The notes: a model not told the origin generated them from the sequence alone. Positions 9,272 to 19,710 are shown, counted from the first letter of the stretch. The stretch is DNA of 64,000 nt from Candidatus Izemoplasmatales bacterium (GCA_050177605.1 JBFXGX010000001.1:111059-175058); one strand, 5' to 3'. Numbers and translations are program-made.

Positions 9272-9949
9272 TTATTTAGCTAATATATCCAAAGTTGCTT
9301 TCGCAGCATTTTGTTCGGCTTCTTTTTTCGTTTTACCTTTTCCTTCACCCATAATGAGTCTTTCATCATCCATTGTCACTCTCGCAACAAACTCTTTTTC
9401 ATGTGCTGGGCCAGTTTCAGATATAATTTCATAATTTAAGGTTCTTTTGTCTGACTGAACTAATTCCTGAAGTTTTGACTTAAAGTCGCTATCTTCTTGA
9501 TTGATATTTTTATCAATCACAGGAAAAACCACTTTTTCAAGAACTTTATATACTTCATCAAGACCTTTATCAAGGAAGATAGCACCTAAAAAAGCTTCAA
9601 AAGCATCTGCGATTACGGCAGGTTTTTGTCTTCCACCATTTTTTTCTTCGCCTTTTCCTAGAAGAATATAATCTCCTAAATGAAAACTATTTGCATATTG
9701 AAATAAAGATTGCTCACAAACTTCTTGTGCGCGCTTTTTTGTAAGAACACCCTCAGCTTCATTAATGTGTTCAAACAAATATTTTCCTACGGCTAAATCA
9801 ATTACAGCATCGCCAATGAACTCTAAACGCTCATTGCTTTTCGTATTGTTTTCATTCGCATAGGAACTATGAGTCATCGAACGGACCAACAACTCATATT
9901 TATTAAATTGTAAATTAAACATCCGTTCAAGTTCTCTTAGTTTATTCAT
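9272..9949 (-). CDS. rnc: Ribonuclease III
   Basis: THSSYANE, NERLEFIGDAV, ADAFEAF.GA, dsRBD DFKSKLQE...GPAH..KKEAEQ. Confidence 0.97.
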   Translation of the reverse strand: MNKLRELERMFNLQFNKYELLVRSMTHSSYANENNTKSNERLEFIGDAVIDLAVGKYLFEHINEAEGVLTKKRAQEVCEQSLFQYANSFHLGDYILLGKGEEKNGGRQKPAVIADAFEAFLGAIFLDKGLDEVYKVLEKVVFPVIDKNINQEDSDFKSKLQELVQSDKRTLNYEIISETGPAHEKEFVARVTMDDERLIMGEGKGKTKKEAEQNAAKATLDILAK

Positions 9950-10955
9950 CGCCTAATGTCTCTTTGGTTTCTTCTAAATATTTTTCTACTTTTGGGAATA
10001 CTTCATTTCTTACAATCGTCGCAGCTTGACGTATTCCATTATAAAATCCATATGCTTTGGAAGCTCCTTGGGCTTTGATGACTGGTCCATATAGACCATA
10101 AATGAGAGCTCCACCAATCTCTTCAGCGGAAATCGCTTTTTTGAAGTTGCTCAAACTTTTCTTTGCAAATAATGCGCCAATCATACCAAAGACATTTGCT
10201 TTCAGCTGTTGTTTCAAAATTTCTCCCATACCTTTGGCTGTTCCTTCAATGGTCTTCATTACGATATTCGCAGTAAATCCATCGGAAATTAAAATATCAC
10301 AAGGAGGGTTTAATACTTGTTTTGGTTCAACGTTACCATAAAATTCAAAAAGATCTGTCTCTTTAAATAAAGCAAATACTTCTTTATCAAGTTCTCTTCC
10401 TTTGCCATCTTCAGTTCCAATATTAATTAAACCAACAACAGGATTTTCTCGATTTAATACTTCTTTTGCATATACAACCGCAAAATATGCCTGTTGGAGC
10501 ATATGTTCAGGACGAATTTCCAAATTCGCTCCACTATCTAAAAGAATTGTACCTCGCCCATCGACGCTAGGGATAACTGGTGCGATAGCTGTTCTTTTAA
10601 ATCCCTTCATACGGCGTACTAAAAGGTGTGCTCCAGAGATAAGCGCTTGGGTTGCGCCACTACTTACTACAGCATCACTTTCATTATTTCTTAGCGATGA
10701 CAATGCTGAAGCCATCGATGAATCTGGATGATCTTTAATCGCTTTAATCGGATTCTTTTCACCCATAGGAATAACATAATTGGTTTGAATAATATGAATT
10801 CGTTCTTCGACAGTTAAATACTTACGGATTTCTGTTTCATCACCGTAAAGGTTAATCTCGATATCTGGAATTAATTTAACCGCAAGCATTGCACCTTCGA
10901 CTTGTTCTTTTGGGGCGTAGTCTCCACCCATTGCATCTACACCAATTCTAATCAT
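9942..10955 (-). CDS. plsX: Phosphate acyltransferase PlsX
   Basis: VDAMGGDYAP, LLDSGAN, NIGTEDGKG, F.GNVE, DGFTAN..K..EG. Confidence 0.95.
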   Translation of the reverse strand: MIRIGVDAMGGDYAPKEQVEGAMLAVKLIPDIEINLYGDETEIRKYLTVEERIHIIQTNYVIPMGEKNPIKAIKDHPDSSMASALSSLRNNESDAVVSSGATQALISGAHLLVRRMKGFKRTAIAPVIPSVDGRGTILLDSGANLEIRPEHMLQQAYFAVVYAKEVLNRENPVVGLINIGTEDGKGRELDKEVFALFKETDLFEFYGNVEPKQVLNPPCDILISDGFTANIVMKTIEGTAKGMGEILKQQLKANVFGMIGALFAKKSLSNFKKAISAEEIGGALIYGLYGPVIKAQGASKAYGFYNGIRQAATIVRNEVFPKVEKYLEETKETLGDE

Positions 10956-10993
10956 GGTTGTCACCTCTTTATACTAGATAAGTATATCATAAT

Positions 10994-12994
10994 TTAATCA
11001 ATTTGATAAGTATCTATATTTTTCTTTATCTTGTTAATTTTATTTATTGAAATGGCGTCATTTAGAGATAATAATTCATTTGTATCCTCAATTACTTGTT
11101 CGATTAATGGTTGATCAGTCATAAAATTAACCATTCGAAATTTAGGAATTCCCGTTTGAACATAGCCAAATATTTCCCCAGGTCCTCGAAATGATAAGTC
11201 TGCTTCACTGATTTTAAATCCATCCGTTGTTTCTTTGAGAACAGCTAGTCTTTGTTCTTCTTCCAATGGCTTGTCACTAATAAAATGGCAATAGGCTTGA
11301 TCTTTACTTCTGCCTACTCTTCCACGTAACTGATGTAATTGACTGAGTCCAAATCCAGAAGCATTAAATACCATCATATAAGTTGCATTGGGAACATTCA
11401 CACCAACTTCTACAACAGTTGTAGAAACTAAAACTTGTGTTTTATTTTGATAAAAACGAGAAAGCACATCCTCTTTTTCAGCATTTTTCAATTTTCCATG
11501 AAGTATCTCAATATTGTATTCATCAGGTATGGAATCCTTGATTATTTCATAAGCTTCTTTGACAGAAATAGAGATTGAATTTTCATTTTCTTCAATCAGT
11601 GGAGCGATGACATACGCTTGGTGTCCTGCTTCAAGTTCACGCTGTAACAGTAAAATCCCTTGATCTAGATTTTCATAAGGGATGATATCTGTCTGTACAG
11701 GTTTTCTTCCTGAAGGCATCTGGTGAATCGATGAAATATCCATATCATTGAATAATGTGATGGCAAGTGTTCTAGGAATCGGTGTTGCGGACATCATCAA
11801 CACTTCGGGATGCCAACCTTTTTCTCTAATTGTTTTTCTTTGTTCTACACCAAATCGATGTTGCTCGTCGATAATGACAAGTCCTAGCGAATCAAACGAA
11901 ATATCTTGTTGAATCAAGGAATGGGTTCCAACAATAATATCAATTTGATGAGTCTTTAATTCGCCCATTATCCTAGCTCTTTCTTTTGCACTTACACTGC
12001 TGCTAATAAAGGCGACTCGAACAGGAAAGCCCGAGAATAGGGAAAGAACAGTTTGATAGTGTTGCATTGCAAGGATCTCAGTGGGAGCCATAAATGCCAC
12101 TTGATCACCTGCAGTGATGATGGCATAGGCCGCAATTAATGCAACGACAGTTTTCCCACTGCCTACATCTCCTTGAAGGAGTCTATTCATTGCATAGGGT
12201 GATTTGAAATCTTTAAAAATATCATTTGTGGCCTCTTTTTGGTCAGCCGTTAATTCAAAGGGTAGAGAAGCAATCCATTCTTTGACTTTTGATATATCAT
12301 ATCTTTTCTTCGTCAGTGGCACTTGTTGTCGTAACTGTTTCATTAAGGATAATCTTAAGAAAAAATCGAGAAGTTCCTCATATTTAATTCGATTCGTCGC
12401 TAACGTGATATCCTCTAGTTGTTTCGGAAAATGAATTAGTGGATAAACTTCCTTTGAAGTTGTTAATGATCTTTTTTGTATCATCGAATAGGGAATGGTT
12501 TCATCTACCCAAAAATCCTTTTGATCCAAAATCGCACGAACCCATTTTGAAAAGTTCTTGCTAGAAATATCCTTTAAAGGATACTGAGGGATAATCCCTT
12601 CAATATAATTCTTTTTTTTCACAACATCATGCGCAATGAAATCATTTTTTGATTGGAACTTTCCTGAAAAGACAATATCTTCTCCGACGAAAAGTGTCCC
12701 CGCGAGAAACTCTCTATTAAAAATCGAAACACTGAATTCTTGATCAATCACACTAACTGAAATCGTCAATTTCGTCAATTTTCTTCGAATATAGTAAATT
12801 TTAGGTTTTTTGAGAATTTTCCCAACAAGCGTTAGTTCTTGTTTATAAAATCTCTCTTCCAAATCATCGATATGTTGAATGACATATTTCGATGGAAAAA
12901 ACTGTACCAATTCGGTACAGTCATTGATTCCTACATCAACGAGTTTTTGAAGTGTAGTTTCACCGATTCCCTTTACTTTCAATAATTCATTCAT
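10994..12994 (-). CDS. recG: ATP-dependent DNA helicase RecG
   Basis: MNRLLQGDVGSGKT, MAPTEILA.QH, IDEQHRFGV, SATPIPRTL, QLHQLRGRVGR. Confidence 0.96.
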   Translation of the reverse strand: MNELLKVKGIGETTLQKLVDVGINDCTELVQFFPSKYVIQHIDDLEERFYKQELTLVGKILKKPKIYYIRRKLTKLTISVSVIDQEFSVSIFNREFLAGTLFVGEDIVFSGKFQSKNDFIAHDVVKKKNYIEGIIPQYPLKDISSKNFSKWVRAILDQKDFWVDETIPYSMIQKRSLTTSKEVYPLIHFPKQLEDITLATNRIKYEELLDFFLRLSLMKQLRQQVPLTKKRYDISKVKEWIASLPFELTADQKEATNDIFKDFKSPYAMNRLLQGDVGSGKTVVALIAAYAIITAGDQVAFMAPTEILAMQHYQTVLSLFSGFPVRVAFISSSVSAKERARIMGELKTHQIDIIVGTHSLIQQDISFDSLGLVIIDEQHRFGVEQRKTIREKGWHPEVLMMSATPIPRTLAITLFNDMDISSIHQMPSGRKPVQTDIIPYENLDQGILLLQRELEAGHQAYVIAPLIEENENSISISVKEAYEIIKDSIPDEYNIEILHGKLKNAEKEDVLSRFYQNKTQVLVSTTVVEVGVNVPNATYMMVFNASGFGLSQLHQLRGRVGRSKDQAYCHFISDKPLEEEQRLAVLKETTDGFKISEADLSFRGPGEIFGYVQTGIPKFRMVNFMTDQPLIEQVIEDTNELLSLNDAISINKINKIKKNIDTYQID

Positions 12995-13021
12995 CTATAT
13001 GCACCCAAAAATAATATATAC

Positions 13022-13048
13022 AAAAAAAGGGTATTTTTCAATACCCTT
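13022..13048 (-). terminator. Terminator after fakA
   Basis: AAGGGTATT-tttc-AATACCCTT with U-tract on the minus strand. Confidence 0.7.
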
Positions 13049-14718
13049 TACTCAACAGCAATAATATAAGAATAAATATCTTGTCCGCCTTCGATTACTT
13101 CAAGTTCTGCACTGAAGTTTTCTTCGACGAAATTTGTAACTTCTTCAAGTTCAACTTCATCAACACCTTCACCAACCATCAACGTGACAATTTCTGATTT
13201 TTGATCGATTAATGATGTAAGTAATTGTTTTGTAGCATCAATTCTGTTTGGCATCGAAACAACGATTTTACCATCTTGAATTCCCATATAATCGTCTTTA
13301 TTGATGTTCACACCATTATTTGTTGATTGACGAATGGCATAAGTAATTTCTCCAGTTTTTACATCTTGAATATGGTCTTGCATTTCAGCAAGATTTGTTT
13401 CCACATCCTGTGTTGCATCAAACATTGTTAATGCCGCATACCCTTGAGAAATGGTTTTTGCTGGAAGAACGAATACTTGTTTATCTTCAATAATTTTCGC
13501 AGCGGTTTCAGCTGATAATAATACGTTTTTATTGTTTGGAATTAAAATGATATAATCGGCATTGATCGTTTCACATGCACTTACGAAATCTTCGATAGAT
13601 GGATTCATCGTTTGTCCACCTTCGATGATATAATCGCATCCCATTTCGATGAATGTATCTTTTAATCCGTCGCCATTTACCACTGCAACAAGTGCGTATT
13701 TTTTCTTCATCTTTGGTGCTACACCATAAGAATGCTCATGCCCACATTGGCAAGCATCTTCTTCTGGCTGATGAATTAAAACTTCAGTATGTTGAAGAGT
13801 CATATTTTCAATTTTGATATTGATGAAATGGCCCCAATGTTGCGCTAAGTTTAAAGCGTCTCCAGGTGTTTTTGTATGGACATGAACCTTTAAGATGTTT
13901 TCATCTTGAACAACAACAAGTGAGTCACCAAGTCCGCCAATAAGATGTGTGAAATCTTTTTGATTAAACTCATCCATTTTTTCGATTTGCATAATAAATT
14001 CTGTACAGTACCCAAAGTCGATATCACCATGGAAACCTTCAAAATTCATATGAACTTGAGGTGCTTTCGCTTTTGGTTCTTCGTCAGAAAGTTTATAAAC
14101 TTTTCCAAGAATACCGTCATACATTCCTTCAACAATTTCAATATATCCAGCACCACCAGAATCAACTACTCCTACTTCTTTTAACACAGGAAGTAAGTCT
14201 GGTGTTCTTTCAAGAGATGCATATAATTCATCAATATAATGTTTAAATAATTCGTTAAAATCAGCAACACTTTCCGATACAGAAATAGCGCGGTCAGCAC
14301 CTTCTCTAGCCACAGTAAGCATTGTTCCTTCTACAGGATTTATCACCGCTGTATACGCTTGTTCAACACCTTTACGAAGTGCCAAAGCGAATTCAGTGAC
14401 TGATACTGAATCTTTTTCCTTTAAGCCGTTTGCTAAACCACTGAAAAGTTGAGATAAAATAACGCCTGAATTTCCTCTCGCACCCATAAGCATTCCACGT
14501 GCCAAAATCTTCGCCATTGCGCCAATTGAAGCTTCTTCTGAGCTTGCGACAGCTTTTGCCCCAGCAGTCATTGTCGCAGACATATTCGATCCTGTATCTC
14601 CATCTGGAACAGGAAATACATTAAGTTGATTGATTCGTTCCATATTGTTTTTCAATTTAATACTACCGTTAATAGCAAGTTGTTTTAAACTCTGTCCGTT
14701 TAAGACAAGTGTGTCCAT
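13048..14718 (-). CDS. fakA: Fatty acid kinase subunit A (DAK2 domain, YloV-like)
   Basis: LNVFPVPDGDTG.NM, GARGNSGVILSQ, PVEGTMLTV, VVDSGG, GYCTEF, KVHVHT, GGQTMNPS. Confidence 0.95.
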   Translation of the reverse strand: MDTLVLNGQSLKQLAINGSIKLKNNMERINQLNVFPVPDGDTGSNMSATMTAGAKAVASSEEASIGAMAKILARGMLMGARGNSGVILSQLFSGLANGLKEKDSVSVTEFALALRKGVEQAYTAVINPVEGTMLTVAREGADRAISVSESVADFNELFKHYIDELYASLERTPDLLPVLKEVGVVDSGGAGYIEIVEGMYDGILGKVYKLSDEEPKAKAPQVHMNFEGFHGDIDFGYCTEFIMQIEKMDEFNQKDFTHLIGGLGDSLVVVQDENILKVHVHTKTPGDALNLAQHWGHFINIKIENMTLQHTEVLIHQPEEDACQCGHEHSYGVAPKMKKKYALVAVVNGDGLKDTFIEMGCDYIIEGGQTMNPSIEDFVSACETINADYIILIPNNKNVLLSAETAAKIIEDKQVFVLPAKTISQGYAALTMFDATQDVETNLAEMQDHIQDVKTGEITYAIRQSTNNGVNINKDDYMGIQDGKIVVSMPNRIDATKQLLTSLIDQKSEIVTLMVGEGVDEVELEEVTNFVEENFSAELEVIEGGQDIYSYIIAVE

Positions 14719-14800
14719 AAGTTCCTCCGAATAAATATCGATTTTATGAGATAAATAGGTATAAAACTACGTTTTTGAATGTTTCCCAAAAAGCACTAAC

Positions 14801-14917
14801 ATTTTATCATATTTACTATGTAAAAGCAATAATTTTAAACCATCCTTACAATCTCTCCACAAGTGCAATAAAAAAAAGTAAATTTTTCTTGCTTTTTTAA
14901 GGCGGGACTGGTAAAAT
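14801..14917. promoter_or_regulatory. Divergent promoters for fakA (-) and rpmB (+)
   Basis: Both read TTGCTT-N17-TAAAAT with TGn extended -10. Confidence 0.6.
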
Positions 14918-14954
14918 AATAATGCTGAAATCTTTACAGAAACGGAGTGATATC

Positions 14955-15146
14955 ATGCCAAGAGTATGTGCAGTTACAGGTAAAAAGTTCATGTCTGGTA
15001 ACCAACGTTCCCACTCAATGCGCGCAACAAGAAAATTGTGGAAAGCAAACCTACAAAAAGTAAGAATCGTAGATGAAAATGGCCAAGTCAAAAGAGTATA
15101 CGTTTCTGCGAGAGCATTAAAGAGCGGTAAAGTTACAAGAGCTTAA
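14955..15146 (+). CDS. rpmB: 50S ribosomal protein L28
   Basis: [10 protein letters not shown]...GNQRSHS...T..W.ANLQ...[20 protein letters not shown]. Confidence 0.96.
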   Translation: MPRVCAVTGKKFMSGNQRSHSMRATRKLWKANLQKVRIVDENGQVKRVYVSARALKSGKVTRA

Positions 15147-15168
15147 TCTTAACTAAAAAACTTAAAAT

Positions 15169-15196
15169 AAAGACCTTCGATTGAAGGTCTTTTTTT
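15169..15196. terminator. Bidirectional terminator
   Basis: AAAGACCTTC-gatt-GAAGGTCTTTTTT. Confidence 0.8.
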
Positions 15197-16058
15197 AATT
15201 TTCTCTAAACAGATGTTCATTCAGTTTTAAATCTTTAATAAACGATATCATTGCCTCAAATTCCTCTTTATAAGAGTTAACCAACTCTTGCGATACTGGC
15301 TTAAAGGGTTTAATATCAAAATAGTCAATTCGTGAGTTAATCGCGATAAATAGTTTGCGGTCTAAAAAACTAAAGGTTATCTTATCAGAATACTCTCGGT
15401 CTAACTTTAGTAATTTTTCCATAAATTGAGGAGTTAGAATATAAAAAGCTTCATGATCATCTTTCGCATATACTTTTAAGTTTGAATTAAATTCTATCGA
15501 CTCTAGTTTGATTTTGTCATAGCCTTCAAACGGACGGAATTGCATTGGCTGAAGCACAAGCAGATTATAATAGAATGGTTTTGGAAAATCAAACTCATAG
15601 ATTCTACCTTGAAAAACAGTCACAACCGTCGTAGTTTTCCCATTACTATGTACATCTTGTTGATGCACATCAGCTGATCGGAACCGAACATCTTCATAGG
15701 TACCTGTAATTAAATCTTCACTATGATAGCGGTCCGATTTCTTTCGTAATTTTGACCCAAGAACTTCACTTTCATCAAACCCTTTAAGAGCATCATACTG
15801 GCTACCAGGCAATACTTTTTCAAGTTCTTCCTTCACATAAATACTTTTAAATGAATTGCTTAATTTTTTAATTTGCTTGGAAATGTAGCCTGCATAAATT
15901 CCTCCTCCTAGAAAAGGAATACCCACCAAAAAGAATGCTGAGGGGCCAATTGAAACCCCGAGAGGTATATAACAAATAAAAGCAATTCCAATGATGACAA
16001 AAGCAAAGACTAGTTTAGACTCAAGACGAGATTTTTTCTCATTAATTTGATCAAACAT
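15195..16058 (-). CDS. DUF3137-family membrane-anchored protein
   Basis: Two N-terminal TMs; 'EDLITG', 'TVFQG', 'LESIEFN...VY..D..EAFYILTPQFME'. Confidence 0.8.
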   Translation of the reverse strand: MFDQINEKKSRLESKLVFAFVIIGIAFICYIPLGVSIGPSAFFLVGIPFLGGGIYAGYISKQIKKLSNSFKSIYVKEELEKVLPGSQYDALKGFDESEVLGSKLRKKSDRYHSEDLITGTYEDVRFRSADVHQQDVHSNGKTTTVVTVFQGRIYEFDFPKPFYYNLLVLQPMQFRPFEGYDKIKLESIEFNSNLKVYAKDDHEAFYILTPQFMEKLLKLDREYSDKITFSFLDRKLFIAINSRIDYFDIKPFKPVSQELVNSYKEEFEAMISFIKDLKLNEHLFREN

Positions 16059-16078
16059 AATTCCCCCTTAAAATAAAA

Positions 16079-17074
16079 TTATGCAGGCAATGTATTCGGT
16101 GCAATTGTTAGAATAACTTCTTTAACAGTATTAATTGGAATGGAGAATCCCATACCTTCAATATCTGTGGAAGCTAATTTTAAAACATTTATACCAATGA
16201 CTTCTCCTTGAAGATTAAATAAAGGACCACCACTATTTCCAGCATTGATCGATGCATCATGTTGGATATATAATACAGAACTAGTTTCATCAACAACTCG
16301 GTTGACGCCAGCAACGATACCAAGTGTCATTGAACCATAGAATGAGTATCCTTGTGGGTTCCCTGCAGCAATGACCATTGTACCAGGTTGGACAACACTT
16401 GAGTCACCAAGTGTAGCTGTTGTTAAAGTTTGATTTAGTGAAGCTCCACTAAAGGATAACACCGCGATATCAACTTCAGCATCCGTACCAAGTAGCGTAG
16501 CGACAACATAAGATTCATCCGCAAATACAACGCGGTAATTATCTCCACCATCCACAACATGTTCATTGGTAATTAAGTAATAAACATCGTTCAATTGATC
16601 GTAATAATAGATAACTCCAGTACCTAAAGAAACCCCTACTGTGCCATCATAGGTAGAAACGCCAATCACTGAAGTATCTACCAGATCTTTCACGCTATAA
16701 ATTTCATTTTGAAGCGCTTGTAAATAAACCGCTACCTCTTCTTCAGTAAATACATTTACAAGATTGTTTTCCACAGCTGCATAGATTTCGTCATATAAAT
16801 CTTGTGTCACCATTGCGCTAATATCATCATAGATATTTTGATAGATATCGTCATAAACATCTTGATAAATTTGATCTATTAAATCTTGATAATCAGAATA
16901 ATAGTAGACATTGCCTTCTGCATCTGTACCAGTATAGATTGTCGTATTTGAATCGATAGTCGTCGTTGTATTATAGATAGTCGTTGTCGTTGTTTCAAGT
17001 GCGCTCACATTTTGACAAGCAATCATCGTTAGCGCTAGAATTAAGGCTAATGCTATTAATTTAACTTTTTTCAT
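16079..17074 (-). CDS. HtrA/S1C serine protease lipoprotein without PDZ domain
   Basis: Lipobox MIAC; TNEHVV, DIAV, DASINAGNSGGPL; ends right after the protease domain. Confidence 0.88.
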   Translation of the reverse strand: MKKVKLIALALILALTMIACQNVSALETTTTTIYNTTTTIDSNTTIYTGTDAEGNVYYYSDYQDLIDQIYQDVYDDIYQNIYDDISAMVTQDLYDEIYAAVENNLVNVFTEEEVAVYLQALQNEIYSVKDLVDTSVIGVSTYDGTVGVSLGTGVIYYYDQLNDVYYLITNEHVVDGGDNYRVVFADESYVVATLLGTDAEVDIAVLSFSGASLNQTLTTATLGDSSVVQPGTMVIAAGNPQGYSFYGSMTLGIVAGVNRVVDETSSVLYIQHDASINAGNSGGPLFNLQGEVIGINVLKLASTDIEGMGFSIPINTVKEVILTIAPNTLPA

Positions 17075-17075
17075 T

Positions 17076-18371
17076 TTATGCCTCCGGTCTTGGTTTTAAT
17101 TCAACATCTGAGAACGTAAGAGTTTGGCCATTTCGGATAACCACGATGTCAATTAAATCACCTACACGATATTTTGAGAACTGAGTCACGAAATCTGAAG
17201 TATTTGTAATGGTTATATCCCCTATTTGAATGATGATATCACCCGATTGAACGTATCCGTCCACGCTTGAATTTGTTACTACCTCGTCAATGTAAAAACC
17301 TGCGGTAAGTTCATTTGGAATAGTCACACCAGATTCAATTAAGTATTCACGGTTTGTAGAAATATCTATAAAGGAGATTCCTAGTACAGGTTTTTGTAAA
17401 GAAACGCCATAGGCTTCAATATCTGCACATATATCTTTCACAAGTGATGATGGAATTGCAAATCCCATTCCTTCAATTGCTACATCAGCGATTTTGATAA
17501 CATTAATGCCGATGACTTCACCTTGCAAATTAAATAAAGCGCCGCCACTATTTCCAGCGTTGATTGATGCGTCATGTTGAATATATCCAACAAACATATC
17601 TTTCGTACCGTCGCTATCAATATCAAAGTAACGATTTGTTCCAGAGACGACACCCATCGTGATAGAACGGTAATATTCGTACCCTGATGGATTTCCTACT
17701 GCAACAACAATTGTCCCTTTTTCAACCGTTGAAGAATCACCAAAACTAACAACTTTTAAATCTAAATTTGAATTAAAATACAACACAGCTATATCGACAA
17801 GAGAATCGACACCTCGAAGCGTTGCATCTATTTCTGTTCCATCTTCCAGTCTAATTTTATATACACTGCCATCTGCGACAACGTGATTATTTGTCACAAC
17901 GTAGTAGGTATTATCTAGTTTTTTATAAATCACACCTGAACCAATTGCTTGTAAAGTAGTACCATCACTATTGTAGACTGAAACGCCGACAACAGCTGTT
18001 GCTTCATCCGCTGCTAGATTTAGAATCATATCAGCAACTGTGGCCGCTGTAACTTCAATTTCTCCTGCAGCAATTTTATCAAGTAAGGATGTTACGACTT
18101 CATTATAAATACGATCAAACTCATCTTGGGATAGGTTTGCGATCACTTGTGCTCTAATTTCATCATACATTTCACTGTAAATCCGTTGGTAAATATCTGC
18201 TTTTATTTGATCCAAATCAACACTCACTTCAGATGTAATTAAAGGCGTTACAGTCGTTTGTGAAGTCATAAATGTCGTTGTAGTAGGTGCTGAAGTGGTG
18301 AAATTTACTGAACATCCAACAAGTACTGCACTGAGCATGAATATTGAAATGAATATTGCTATTTTTTTCAT
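17076..18371 (-). CDS. HtrA/S1C serine protease lipoprotein with one PDZ domain
   Basis: Lipobox LVGC; GSGV, TNNHVV, DIAV, INAGNSGG; C-terminal PDZ (LGI...GDII). Confidence 0.92.
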   Translation of the reverse strand: MKKIAIFISIFMLSAVLVGCSVNFTTSAPTTTTFMTSQTTVTPLITSEVSVDLDQIKADIYQRIYSEMYDEIRAQVIANLSQDEFDRIYNEVVTSLLDKIAAGEIEVTAATVADMILNLAADEATAVVGVSVYNSDGTTLQAIGSGVIYKKLDNTYYVVTNNHVVADGSVYKIRLEDGTEIDATLRGVDSLVDIAVLYFNSNLDLKVVSFGDSSTVEKGTIVVAVGNPSGYEYYRSITMGVVSGTNRYFDIDSDGTKDMFVGYIQHDASINAGNSGGALFNLQGEVIGINVIKIADVAIEGMGFAIPSSLVKDICADIEAYGVSLQKPVLGISFIDISTNREYLIESGVTIPNELTAGFYIDEVVTNSSVDGYVQSGDIIIQIGDITITNTSDFVTQFSKYRVGDLIDIVVIRNGQTLTFSDVELKPRPEA

Positions 18372-18452
18372 GGTAATCGTCCCCTTTTCTTATTTAGCAT
18401 AAAACAAATTATAGTATTACTTTATGATATCTTTGTGAATATAAAATTAAAA

Positions 18453-19067
18453 TTACTCATTCGAACAAACGACGAGTAATCTACCCTTCGAAAATTCTAA
18501 GGATCCACTGCCTTCGTTAGAGACACCGATCGAGTCTGAGGTTGTTAACAAGTATTGATCTAGTTCATATTTAAACCCTCGAAGAGTTAATTCATATACA
18601 TCTTCAAGCGCAAAAAAAGAAATATACTTGTGAACGTTGTTGATCGCATATCGACCCTTTTTTAAAGTGTATATATGATGATGATTATCCTTAAATGAAA
18701 GACTGAATCGCTTCATTAAATTTAAGTTCGCAAGTAAGTGATCAATTCTCCCGCCAATACCTCCATAGACAAACACTTCATCATAAGTTAAATTGTTATA
18801 AATATAATCAAGTGTGAAGGCAAGGTCTGTCATATCTTTCATCTTTGGAAGGGAAATGATCTGCTTTGCATATTTTTTAAGTAAAGACAGATATTCACTA
18901 TGAATGGAATCAAAGTCACCAATGGCATAATCAAATATAATTTGATGTTTGATAAGTTCTTCACATCCAGAGTCAACGCCAATCAGTATTTCATTTTCTT
19001 CTTCTATATATACATTCTCGAGTTGATAATTATTGGGCCCTGTAAATATTTTAATATTTCTACTCAT
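18453..19067 (-). CDS. thiN: Thiamine pyrophosphokinase
   Basis: GVDSG, GDFDS, KD.TD, GGRIDH.LAN, G.SNE; follows rpe. Confidence 0.93.
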   Translation of the reverse strand: MSRNIKIFTGPNNYQLENVYIEEENEILIGVDSGCEELIKHQIIFDYAIGDFDSIHSEYLSLLKKYAKQIISLPKMKDMTDLAFTLDYIYNNLTYDEVFVYGGIGGRIDHLLANLNLMKRFSLSFKDNHHHIYTLKKGRYAINNVHKYISFFALEDVYELTLRGFKYELDQYLLTTSDSIGVSNEGSGSLEFSKGRLLVVCSNE

Positions 19068-19701
19068 TTTCTAATTGTTCAATCAATTCATTACGGTTCA
19101 CTTGATTAAATATAAAAGATCCAACAACTGCGACATCGATTCCTGCATCTTTCACAAGTTTACTCGTATCTTGATTGATTCCCCCATCCACTTCAATGAT
19201 GTAATGATAGTGATTCTGTTTTCGCATTTCATCGAGTAATTTAATTTTATCCAAACTTTCAGGGATAAATTTTTGCCCACCTTTGCCTGGTTCAACACTC
19301 ATAATTAAGATTAAGTCTAGTTGATCCAAATACGGAAAAATGACTTGAATATCTGTCAGTGGTTTGATTGATATTCCGACTTTTTTTCCATATTTTTTAA
19401 TTTCATCAATGGCTTCCTTTACACGACTAGGATCGGATTCGTAATGAAACGTAATCGAATCTGCGCCAGACAGAGCATAGTCCTTGATTGATGGAATTGG
19501 GTCATCCATCATCAAATGACAATCAAAATATTGGTCACTAAATTCTCTGATTGTTTCTAGCATATGATGATCATAGGTTTTTGCAGGAACAAACTTTCCA
19601 TCCATGACGTCAAAATGTAGCCAAGAAGCTTTATTAATCGATCTAATTTCAGATTCTAAATGATTAAAATCACAAGTTAAAAATGACGGTGCTACCTTCA
19701 T
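19060..19701 (-). CDS. rpe: Ribulose-phosphate 3-epimerase
   Basis: APS, HFDVMDG.FVP, D.HLM, MSVEPG.GGQKF, EVDGGIN. Confidence 0.97.
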   Translation of the reverse strand: MKVAPSFLTCDFNHLESEIRSINKASWLHFDVMDGKFVPAKTYDHHMLETIREFSDQYFDCHLMMDDPIPSIKDYALSGADSITFHYESDPSRVKEAIDEIKKYGKKVGISIKPLTDIQVIFPYLDQLDLILIMSVEPGKGGQKFIPESLDKIKLLDEMRKQNHYHYIIEVDGGINQDTSKLVKDAGIDVAVVGSFIFNQVNRNELIEQLENE

Positions 19702-19710
19702 TTGTACCTC

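Noticed and set aside
18390..18450. CIRCE or Rex operator upstream of the HtrA pair (TTAGCA, TTGTGAA)
   Set aside because: Only half-sites, with no matching inverted partner
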